Notes under the pieces: generated by a model
Told to the model about the DNA's origin: nothing
What the model saw: the letters and a program-made list of their open reading frames with translations, nothing else
Databases searched by the model: none
Made by a program: the position numbers and the translations under genes
Origin: a candidate division WOR-3 bacterium
Lineage (GTDB): Bacteria; Hydrothermota; Tepidihabitantia; Tepidihabitantales; JAOUPE01
Reading direction: 5' to 3'
Length of the DNA stretch: 26,148 bases
Assembly (NCBI GenBank): GCA_039801565.1
Contig: JBDRUX010000025.1
Span: 1-26,148, forward strand
Shown here: positions 1-6,983 of the stretch, in pieces
How the letters are laid out: each line of letters opens with the position of its first letter
Numbering within the stretch: position 1 is the stretch's first letter

Positions 1-156
1 CCAGTCCTGATTGTTAACACCGAGAACTTAGATTTTGTCAACAACGAGCAAGATTTTGAAAACCTTTACCAAGCAATCATCACTACCCCTGGTGGCAGAA
101 TCTTTTATTCGCCGAAAGGTGAGAAAAGACGCCGGAAAGCCAGCCGAATTACCTGA
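1..156 (+). CDS. Deoxynucleoside kinase, C-terminal fragment (runs off the left edge)
   Basis: Frame +1 reads PVLIVNTENLDFVNNEQDFENLYQAIITTPGGRIFYSPKGEKRRRKASRIT*, with TGA at 154-156. The LIVNTxxxDFVxxxxD tail matches dNK/dGK family C-termini. Confidence 0.6.
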   Translation, partial: PVLIVNTENLDFVNNEQDFENLYQAIITTPGGRIFYSPKGEKRRRKASRIT

Positions 157-305
157 AAAAACAAGAGATATAAAGATACCAAGGTATAACGTTTCTTAAC
201 AATTAATTCATCATATCCTTGAACCTACCTCTGGAAATCGGACACCATAATTGAATGGCAAAAGGTAGTGTTACCAATCTGCCGATATAATAAAAGTCGA
301 GTTAG

Positions 306-482
306 AGTTGGAATTCAGCTAACTTCTTCCACACTTTAGAGCTTCTCACCGGTGTGGCACTCTCACAGGCACTTAACTATGATATTCTCATTAACTGGAT
401 TTCTGGTTTAGATATTGATGAGCTAACACCGGACGATAATACTCTGGTAAAATTCAGAAGGCGTCTCGGTGACAGCGCTTGA
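306..482 (+). mobile_element. Degenerate IS5/IS1182-type transposase fragment (DUF772-like N-terminal domain)
   Basis: Frame +3 reads ...LSQALNYDILINWISGLDIDELTPDDNTLVKFRRRLGDSA*, matching the 'W(F)xGLxxxxxxPDxxTlxxFRxRL' motif. No convincing start, no DDE domain, no terminal inverted repeats seen. Confidence 0.6.
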
Positions 483-660
483 TTTGAAGACGATGATAAG
501 GGGTGCGTGTTAATAAAAGATTTTTGGGTTAAACCGGAGTAAGGGCAGAAGAGAAACAAAGGGGAGTGGGCTAACGAATCTGCCTGACGCTGTATCAGAA
601 TAATAGACGAAACCATCACAAATTCAAAGCCCACTTTTTCAGAGTTCTCATAGTAACTCG

Positions 661-1465
661 GTGACAATAATTGATGGCGTGACTGATTCGGTAATAACGA
701 CCATTCCGGTTGGATATAATCCCACAGCATTAGTCTGGAATTCGATTAATAATAAAGTCTATTGTGCCAATGCCAGCAGCTCCCCAAAGGAAATTACGGT
801 GATTGATGGTCTGGGTGATTCGGTGTTGAAAAGAATTACTTATGAGTATCCAACAGGACCATTACTTGATTTGGCTTGGAATTCAACCAATAATAAGGTG
901 TATTGTGCAAATTTTGGTGGGGTAACAATAATTGATAGCGAGACCGATTCAGTTATGACTTCAATCTTTCTTGGTGTAGGCTTTAGGAACTTGATTTGGA
1001 ACTCAATTAATAATAAGATATATTGCGCAAATTACGACAGTGCCGGTGTAATAATCATTGACGGTGCAAATGACTCATTGATTACAACTATTCCGGTCGG
1101 AAATGGACCTGCTGCCTTTGCCTGGAATTCGATTCAGAACCGAACCTATGTTGCAAGTTATTTAAGTTCCAGTATTTCGGTAATTCGAGACGAGATACCC
1201 GGGGATTGAAGAAAACCGCTCGCCACTGTCCGTAGACCGCTTACCGCTGGAAATATATCCGAATCCAGCGAAGACCGTGATTCGTATTCGTGGTTCGTTA
1301 TCCGTGAGAGAAATCAGAATCTTTGATGTTTTGGGAAAATTGATAAGAGAGATTACCACACCTTAGGCTTGCAATGAGATTAAAATATCCTTAAAAGGAA
1401 TCAAGCTCGTAATTTATTTCTTGAGGCTTGGCACCAAGACCAAAAAGTTTCAGGTCGTAAGATAA
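661..1465 (+). pseudogene. Pseudogene of a YVTN/YncE beta-propeller protein with T9SS-type CTD (5'-truncated, frameshifted, internal stop)
   Basis: 661-1209 encodes WNSxNNKVYCAN repeats and has no signal peptide. An extra base in CCCGGGG (1198-1204) shifts the frame. The next frame reads IEENRSPLSVDRLPLEIYPNPAKTVIRIRGSLSVREIRIFDVLGKLIREITTP*ACNEIKISLKGIKLVIYFLRLGTKTKKFQVVR* (TAG 1364-1366, TAA 1463-1465), colinear with the CTD of 3132-4502. Confidence 0.85.
1349..1379. repeat. Decayed copy of the REP-like palindrome at 4380-4410
   Basis: GAGATTACCACACCTTAGGCTTGCAATGAGA versus GAGATTGCCACGCCTTTGGTTCGCAATGACA, at the equivalent position of the paralogous CTD. Confidence 0.55.
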
Positions 1466-1515
1466 GCGATAAAATAAACTTGGTTTAAGTTGAATTAGCA
1501 TTTGCATTTTTCTGC

Positions 1516-1543
1516 TTGACAAAAATCGAAAACAAACTATAAT
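1516..1543 (+). promoter_or_regulatory. Sigma70-type promoter
   Basis: TTGACA (1516-1521), 16 bp, TATAAT (1538-1543); both hexamers are perfect consensus. Confidence 0.75.
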
Positions 1544-1582
1544 ATAAATCAACAATTATATGCTTCTAATTAAGATAATTCG

Positions 1583-1595
1583 ACACACACACACA
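1583..1595. repeat. (AC)6A dinucleotide tract
   Basis: ACACACACACACA, about 40 nt downstream of the -10 box of the 1516 promoter. Confidence 0.8.
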
Positions 1596-1783
1596 GGGTA
1601 ATTTCGGCCAATTTCCAAGAAAATTTAGCCGGTTCTATAATTCAAAGCGGTTATTTATTGTTCACGCCGGAACCGGTTTTGTTGGGAAAGATTTCTGTGG
1701 TTGGTCAGAAACCTTTCCAAATCTTATTTTACCAGCCCTTGACAAATGTCCCAAAATTCTTAAAGTAGAAGGAGGTGATAAAG

Positions 1784-3085
1784 ATGAATAAGCATTTATT
1801 ACCAGTTCTACTGCTTTTAATCCCTCTCGCTTTTGCGTTTGCTGGTTGGGAACCACTTCCGCCAGTTCCTGAACCGGTTGGTGCTGGTGGCGGTATTACT
1901 TATGGCGGTGGTTATGTCTGGTGCATTGTCGGAGACGATAATAACGGATTTTATGCCTACGATGTTACGACTGGCGAATGGATTAGTCTTGACGATGTTC
2001 CGGAAGATATTTATTACGCTGGTGCGATTGCTTATGAAGTTGGATTGGGCCGCAGGATTTTCGTTGTAGCCAGTGTTGAGGATGAGCCTGACCAACTTTT
2101 TATTTATACTAAATATCACTTTACCGGTTATGAAGGTGAATGGAATGAAGAGCCAATTTATCTTCCTAATTTTGAGGAATGTGGTCCCGGGGTAGCACTT
2201 GCTTGTCGGCCTTGTATCAAAAATGGCTATTTGATTGGCACCTGGTTATATTTACTTCTTGGCAATGGGACACAGCAATTTTACTGTCGGTTTTTCCCAA
2301 TTCCTGACACCGGAGTAGGACCAAGGGGTGGTTCTTTAGAAAGTTGGCAATCATTACAACCAATCCCTCTGCCAGTGAAAGCCGGGGGCGCGGTGTGCTG
2401 GAATAAAGATTATACCTATCGTCAATTAGGGGATAGCCTTTTTGCCTTGGTAGGCGGTGGACGAACAAATTTCTATTGCTATCTTATTGGACGAAATACC
2501 TGGGAAGAAAGAGAACCATCGCGATTACCCCAAAATGACGGCTCGTCAATCGCTGGTGGTTGCGACGACGGTAAAGAACTTTGTGCGATATTTGGCAAAA
2601 GCCAGAATAGAGAAAGACACTGGAAATATAATATACCCGGTTATGAACCAGTTTGGGACGACGTACATACTCTTCCAACGATCCTTGGTAGTGGTGCATC
2701 AATCACCTATGACGGAAACCGTGACGACGCCTATTTGGTTATCGGTGGTGGCAGAGATGGTTTCTATATTAACAGAAACCCGACTGAGGAAGGTCCTCAA
2801 TCGTCGAATGTCTTTCCGATTGTGCCAAGGTCGAGAATTTTGGACTTCTCTGACAAAATTGTGATTCATTATTCAACCTCTGTCCCGACCAATGTAAGAA
2901 TTTTGGTCTATAACCTTTTAGGCAAAAGAGTGAAAACTCTAATTTCCACTAATGTCGAAAAAGGTGAACACCAAGTTACTTGGGACAAGACCGACAATTC
3001 TAATCGCAAGGTTGCCAAAGGTATCTACTTCATTACGATTACCAAAGAAGGCGAAACTGAACGACTAAAGGTGACAATAAGGTAA
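1784..3085 (+). CDS. Secreted Kelch-like beta-propeller protein with C-terminal T9SS-CTD/FlgD-like Ig domain (433 aa)
   Basis: RBS AGGAGGT (1770-1776) precedes ATG 1784. Signal peptide MNKHLLPVLLLLIPLAFAFA; Gly-rich blades (VGAGGGITY, KAGGAVCW, GSGASITY, GGGRTNFYCY); C-terminus VYNLLGKRVKTL...GEHQVTWD...VAKGIYF...LKVTIR. Confidence 0.8.
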   Translation: MNKHLLPVLLLLIPLAFAFAGWEPLPPVPEPVGAGGGITYGGGYVWCIVGDDNNGFYAYDVTTGEWISLDDVPEDIYYAGAIAYEVGLGRRIFVVASVEDEPDQLFIYTKYHFTGYEGEWNEEPIYLPNFEECGPGVALACRPCIKNGYLIGTWLYLLLGNGTQQFYCRFFPIPDTGVGPRGGSLESWQSLQPIPLPVKAGGAVCWNKDYTYRQLGDSLFALVGGGRTNFYCYLIGRNTWEEREPSRLPQNDGSSIAGGCDDGKELCAIFGKSQNRERHWKYNIPGYEPVWDDVHTLPTILGSGASITYDGNRDDAYLVIGGGRDGFYINRNPTEEGPQSSNVFPIVPRSRILDFSDKIVIHYSTSVPTNVRILVYNLLGKRVKTLISTNVEKGEHQVTWDKTDNSNRKVAKGIYFITITKEGETERLKVTIR

Positions 3086-3089
3086 AAAA

Positions 3090-3116
3090 TTGGGGTGGGA
3101 ATTATTCCCACCCCAA
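3090..3116. terminator. Perfect intergenic hairpin (terminator-like on the minus strand, or mRNA stabiliser on plus)
   Basis: TTGGGGTGGGAA-TTA-TTCCCACCCCAA, 12-bp stem directly after the 3085 stop. A-runs flank it, so a U-tail exists only on the minus strand. Confidence 0.55.
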
Positions 3117-3131
3117 AAACTTGGGGAAAAA

Positions 3132-4502
3132 ATGAAAAGATTATTATTACTCTTACCAATTGTACTTTGTGCTCAAGTCATTGATACAGTCATTCATTTC
3201 ACCGATGCACCTGCTCAATTGCTTTATATTCCAGACGGAAATAAACTTTACATAAACTTTCCCCACTCTTACCGATTTTTAGTCTTAGAATGTTCTACTT
3301 TTGCCATCCGAAAAGTCGTTCCTTACCCAGCTGATTACCCGACAGCGGTTCAAGGGGTATATAACTGGCGAAAAAGTAAGATATATTACGGTTTTAATAT
3401 CTGTCCTGAAAGTATCGCAGTGATTGACAATCGTACCGATTCGATAATTAAATGGATTGATTTCGATGCATTTCAGCCATTCTCTCTTTGCTACCATTCA
3501 AGGGACAATAAACTCTATGCCACCGATGGAATTTCAGTAGCGGTAATTGATTGCGAAACTGATTCCATAATCAAAATCATTAACCAGCCATACTATTTAA
3601 GTGACTTTGTGCTTTGGGATTCGATTGGGAATAAAGTCTATTGCGGTAGTGCTTGGACTGATAAGGTGACAGTGATTGATTGTGAGCGTGACACCGTTAT
3701 CAAGGTGATAAGCACTGGGGTATCAACGCCAGCTGGCGCGGTGTATAATCCCTTCCGAAGAAAGGTTTATGTTGGTGGTTATTGGGGTATGCGGGGAGCA
3801 GTGATTGATGCGAAAAACGATACGCTGATGAAAAATTTCCCGATGTATTGGGAGGACGATATACCACTGATTTTTAATAGTCTTGAAGACAAGGTTTATT
3901 GGCCTTCCATAGATAGCCTCTATGTTATGGACTGCGCAAATGATTCAATAATTAAAGAACTATTTGTAGGGGGACTTTTGGATATGTGTCTTGCCAGTTG
4001 GAGCAATCGGCTCTACTTGGCAACTATGGACCATGATAGCATTAGCCGTTTTACCACCATTTATGTTCTTGACTGCCACACCGATTCGATAATCTCTAAA
4101 ATCAGTTTTGGTAGATGGGGTGCTTTGATTATTTCCGATTATCTAAACCAAAGGATTTACGCTGCCGAGTGGAGGGATTCAGCCCTCTATGTGATAAGAG
4201 ATGAAATACCAGGAGTTAAAGAAGAGTGCCCGTTGCCAACCAATTACTGCCGACCGCTTGAGATTTATCCCAATCCGGCGAAGTTCGTGATGCGTGTCCG
4301 TTGCCCGTGGCCCCTGAAACAAGTTCAGGGTGACAATTTGGCATTAAAAATCTTTGATGTCTCAGGAAAGTTAATAAAGGAGATTGCCACGCCTTTGGTT
4401 CGCAATGACAATGAAGTAAAAATATCTTTGAAAGGAATCAATCCTGGAATTTATTTCTTAAGATTTGCCAACCAGACCAAAAAGTTTCTGGTTGTGAAAT
4501 AG
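3132..4502 (+). CDS. Secreted YVTN/YncE-type beta-propeller protein with T9SS-type CTD (456 aa)
   Basis: Signal peptide MKRLLLLLPIVLCA; repeated NK(L/V)Y...V(A/T)VIDCxxD(S/T)(I/V)IK blades; CTD LEIYPNP...IFDVSGKLIK...PGIYFL...KKFLVVK. Confidence 0.85.
   Translation: MKRLLLLLPIVLCAQVIDTVIHFTDAPAQLLYIPDGNKLYINFPHSYRFLVLECSTFAIRKVVPYPADYPTAVQGVYNWRKSKIYYGFNICPESIAVIDNRTDSIIKWIDFDAFQPFSLCYHSRDNKLYATDGISVAVIDCETDSIIKIINQPYYLSDFVLWDSIGNKVYCGSAWTDKVTVIDCERDTVIKVISTGVSTPAGAVYNPFRRKVYVGGYWGMRGAVIDAKNDTLMKNFPMYWEDDIPLIFNSLEDKVYWPSIDSLYVMDCANDSIIKELFVGGLLDMCLASWSNRLYLATMDHDSISRFTTIYVLDCHTDSIISKISFGRWGALIISDYLNQRIYAAEWRDSALYVIRDEIPGVKEECPLPTNYCRPLEIYPNPAKFVMRVRCPWPLKQVQGDNLALKIFDVSGKLIKEIATPLVRNDNEVKISLKGINPGIYFLRFANQTKKFLVVK
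4312..4335 (-). repeat. GTCA/CGTC-type REP-like palindrome read in frame inside the CTD
   Basis: Plus strand CCCTGAA-ACAAG-TTCAGGG-TGACA (7-bp perfect stem plus TGAC tag); minus strand TGTCACCCTGAACTTGTTTCAGGG. Absent from the paralogous CTD at 1205-1465. Confidence 0.65.
4380..4410 (-). repeat. Second GTCA/CGTC-type REP-like palindrome inside the CTD
   Basis: Minus strand TGTCATTGCGAACCAAAGGCGTGGCAATCTC, with ATTGC/GCAAT arms; resembles the GTCATTGCGA...GCAATCTC class of bacterial palindromic repeats. Confidence 0.6.
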
Positions 4503-4574
4503 GTAAAGATTTAAACGTTTGAACAAGTTTTGAACTATTCTTTAACGCAATCCAAAAGTCAGCGATTAGTGAAA

Positions 4575-4802
4575 AATAACGAGGCAGTATAGGAGGTTGC
4601 TTCCCAGGTGACCTACGGGGTTACTTACCGAGTTGCTCCCCAGGTTGCTCCAGAAGTAACCTACGGGGTCGCTTCCGAAGTCGCCTCCTAACCCACTACC
4701 CAACCTGCCTACTAACCAGCTCCCGAAGTAACTCCCCAAGCAACTTAGGAGGCGACCTACGGGGCGACTTAGGGGACTGCCTACGGGGTCACCCCCTATA
4801 CC
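4575..4802. repeat. Degenerate 12-bp-period quasi-palindromic array 1 (17-19 units)
   Basis: Units from 4599: GCTTCCCAGGTG ACCTACGGGGTT ACTTACCGAGTT GCTCCCCAGGTT GCTCCAGAAGTA ACCTACGGGGTC GCTTCCGAAGTC GCCTCCTAACCC ACTACCCAACCT GCCTACTAACCA GCTCCCGAAGTA ACTCCCCAAGCA ACTTAGGAGGCG ACCTACGGGGCG ACTTAGGGGACT GCCTACGGGGTC. Every one starts RCY. GC is 120/204 over 4590-4793. Confidence 0.85.
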
Positions 4803-4879
4803 ATACCCCCTCTCTAATGAAAAATTAGCGTAACCGACGGATGATAAAGAAGATAGACGAAAAAATCGGCCATTTTTAG

Positions 4880-4897
4880 GTTGAAATATATTTCAAC
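4880..4897. promoter_or_regulatory. Perfect 18-bp palindrome (candidate operator or weak terminator)
   Basis: GTTGAAATATATTTCAAC is its own reverse complement and is followed by TTTTT. Confidence 0.45.
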
Positions 4898-5159
4898 TTT
4901 TTCTGGCACAAAACCTGTCCCCGGTCTATGCGGGCGACTGGGCAGAGATAATAAATAATAGCTAAATTATAGTGGTGGGATGCCAAAAAGAGAAATTTTT
5001 ATCGGCTCTTAACCAGTTAGTGTTGATAATACTTTGTGGAATCGAAACCAGTCCGCATCGCTATCGGCTTTAAAACAGACTTTGCCCTAAGTGAAAAGTG
5101 GCCATAGAGAACGAAAAGCACAGAACGAGCTACAGCTGGTTTATTGATATTTGAGCTTA

Positions 5160-5187
5160 TTGACACTATAAATATGGTTATTACAAT
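5160..5187 (+). promoter_or_regulatory. Sigma70-type promoter of fadD (predicts a leaderless mRNA)
   Basis: TTGACA (5160-5165), 16 bp, TACAAT (5182-5187), 6 bp, ATG (5194). Confidence 0.7.
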
Positions 5188-5193
5188 AGCGGA

Positions 5194-6972
5194 ATGGTAG
5201 AAACAATTTACCAAGTCTTTTCCGAAGTTGCCAATAAGTTTCCGAAAAAGACCGCCTTGCTCTATAAGATAAAAGGCCGCTATCAGAAGATAACATTTGA
5301 AGAGTTACGGAAATCGGTTAGCGCGGTTGCCCAAAATTTGCTTAATCTGGGAATTAAAAAGAATAGTCCGGTGGCAATCTTTTCGTATAATCGCCCCGAA
5401 TGGGTGATAGCGGATTTGGCAATTTTGCAAATTGGAGCAATTGTTGTTCCAATCTATCATATCTTGCCGGATTGGCAAGTAAAATACATTCTTAATGATT
5501 CTAATGCCGAGTTAATCTTCATTGAAAATGCAAAACTCTTCTCAATAATTGCTAATATCCGTAACGAATTGACTATTCTTAAAAGAATTGTCGTGTTTGA
5601 TGATTCGGCAATCGAAAAAGGGAGTGATTACCTCCGATTTGATGATTGGAAAGTTACAAAACCAACCGTAACAAATTGGCCTTCGGTCACTGCTAATGAT
5701 ATTGCTACTTATGTCTATACATCCGGTACAACCGGGGAACCAAAGGGCGTAATTCTGACACATAGGAATATTCTTACCAATGTCTTTTCAGCTATCAAAC
5801 GCTATCGGGTTAATGAAAAAGATATTATCGCTTCGTTTCTACCGCTTGCTCATATGTTTGAAAGAACTTGTGGCTATTATACAATTCTTTTGGCTGGTGG
5901 GACAATTGGTTATGTTGAGAGTCTGGAGACAATTGCACAAGATATTAAAACAATTCGTCCAACTCTCTTAATTACTGTGCCGAGAGTCTTAGAGAAAGTG
6001 TATGAAGAGGTGACTCGAAGAGTCAGCCAAGGACCACCGCTACAAAGAAAACTGGTGCAATCAGCAGTAAGAGTGCTTAATCGTTATGCCAATCTGAAAT
6101 ATCGTGGCCGGAAAATCCCATTCGGACTGAAAATTAAACGTTGGTTTTATAATTGGATAGTTGGGGCAAAATTCCGTAAACTGGCCGGCGGCAGGGTCCG
6201 ATTAATCGTCTCGGGTGGAGCGGCGCTGAATAAGAAAATCGCTAAAATCTACCATATCTTTGGTTTCAATATCGTTGAAGGCTATGGTCTAACCGAAACC
6301 GCGCCAGTGGTCTGTGCCAATGCCATCGAAACGAACCGATTCGGCACCGTCGGTAAACCATTCGATGATGTCTTAGTGAAAATTGGAGCTAATAATGAAA
6401 TCTTGGTTAAAGGACCGAATGTGATGATTGGTTATTTGAATAAACCAGCAGCGACCGCCGCAGTAATTGATAAAGACGGTTGGTTTCATACCGGTGACCA
6501 AGGAAGATTTGATGAATATGGCAATTTAATCATTACCGGCCGGATTAAAGAATTGATTGTTACTTCTTACGGTAAGAACATCGCACCCGTGCCAATTGAA
6601 CAGAGTTTAACCGAAAGCACTTATATTGACCAGGCGATGGTTTATGGCGATAAAAAGAAGTGTTTGGTTGCTTTGATTGTGCCACAAAAGAAAGTAATCG
6701 AAGATTATGCTAATGCTAACCGAATTGCCTTCAATAACTATCCCGAGCTTTTACAAAAGCCAGAAATTAAGAATTTAATTCAAACCGAAGTTGAAAAGAC
6801 CAATCAGAATTTTGCCCATTATGAACAGGTGAAATCTTTTGCCTTATTAGCGGAGAATTTTACAGTGGAAAATGGCTTATTAACCCCCACCCTTAAAGTC
6901 CGAAGGGATTTGGTGGTTAGAAAATATTGGGATTTGATTGAATCGCTCTATCAGGATTTAGAGCAAAAATAA
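5194..6972 (+). CDS. fadD: Long-chain-fatty-acid--CoA ligase (AMP-dependent synthetase)
   Basis: Motifs YTSGTTGEPKG, FLPLAHMFER, GYGLTETAP, GWFHTGDQG, ITGRIKELI and LLTPTLKVRR. Confidence 0.9.
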   Translation: MVETIYQVFSEVANKFPKKTALLYKIKGRYQKITFEELRKSVSAVAQNLLNLGIKKNSPVAIFSYNRPEWVIADLAILQIGAIVVPIYHILPDWQVKYILNDSNAELIFIENAKLFSIIANIRNELTILKRIVVFDDSAIEKGSDYLRFDDWKVTKPTVTNWPSVTANDIATYVYTSGTTGEPKGVILTHRNILTNVFSAIKRYRVNEKDIIASFLPLAHMFERTCGYYTILLAGGTIGYVESLETIAQDIKTIRPTLLITVPRVLEKVYEEVTRRVSQGPPLQRKLVQSAVRVLNRYANLKYRGRKIPFGLKIKRWFYNWIVGAKFRKLAGGRVRLIVSGGAALNKKIAKIYHIFGFNIVEGYGLTETAPVVCANAIETNRFGTVGKPFDDVLVKIGANNEILVKGPNVMIGYLNKPAATAAVIDKDGWFHTGDQGRFDEYGNLIITGRIKELIVTSYGKNIAPVPIEQSLTESTYIDQAMVYGDKKKCLVALIVPQKKVIEDYANANRIAFNNYPELLQKPEIKNLIQTEVEKTNQNFAHYEQVKSFALLAENFTVENGLLTPTLKVRRDLVVRKYWDLIESLYQDLEQK

Positions 6973-6983
6973 ATCAAAATGGT

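Noticed and set aside
1364..1366. Recoding (pyrrolysine or readthrough) of the in-frame TAG
   Set aside because: The gene is also truncated and frameshifted, TAG ends intact genes here (4500-4502, mvhG, ftsZ), and no pyl genes are seen.
1739..1766. Second promoter TTGACA-16-TAAAGT
   Set aside because: The predicted start would fall inside the RBS of the 1784 gene and the -10 is weak; not supported enough to list.
4575..4802. CRISPR or TIGR-type guide array interpretation of the 12-bp arrays (also 21083-21310)
   Set aside because: No invariant repeat alternating with unique spacers, the period is only 12 bp, and no cas or tas-like gene is in the window.
4567..4892. Stop-free minus-strand frame through array 1 (GDPVGSPLSRPVGRLL...)
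   Set aside because: No in-frame ATG or RBS upstream of the repeats; openness may follow from the repeat composition, so it is not called a CDS.
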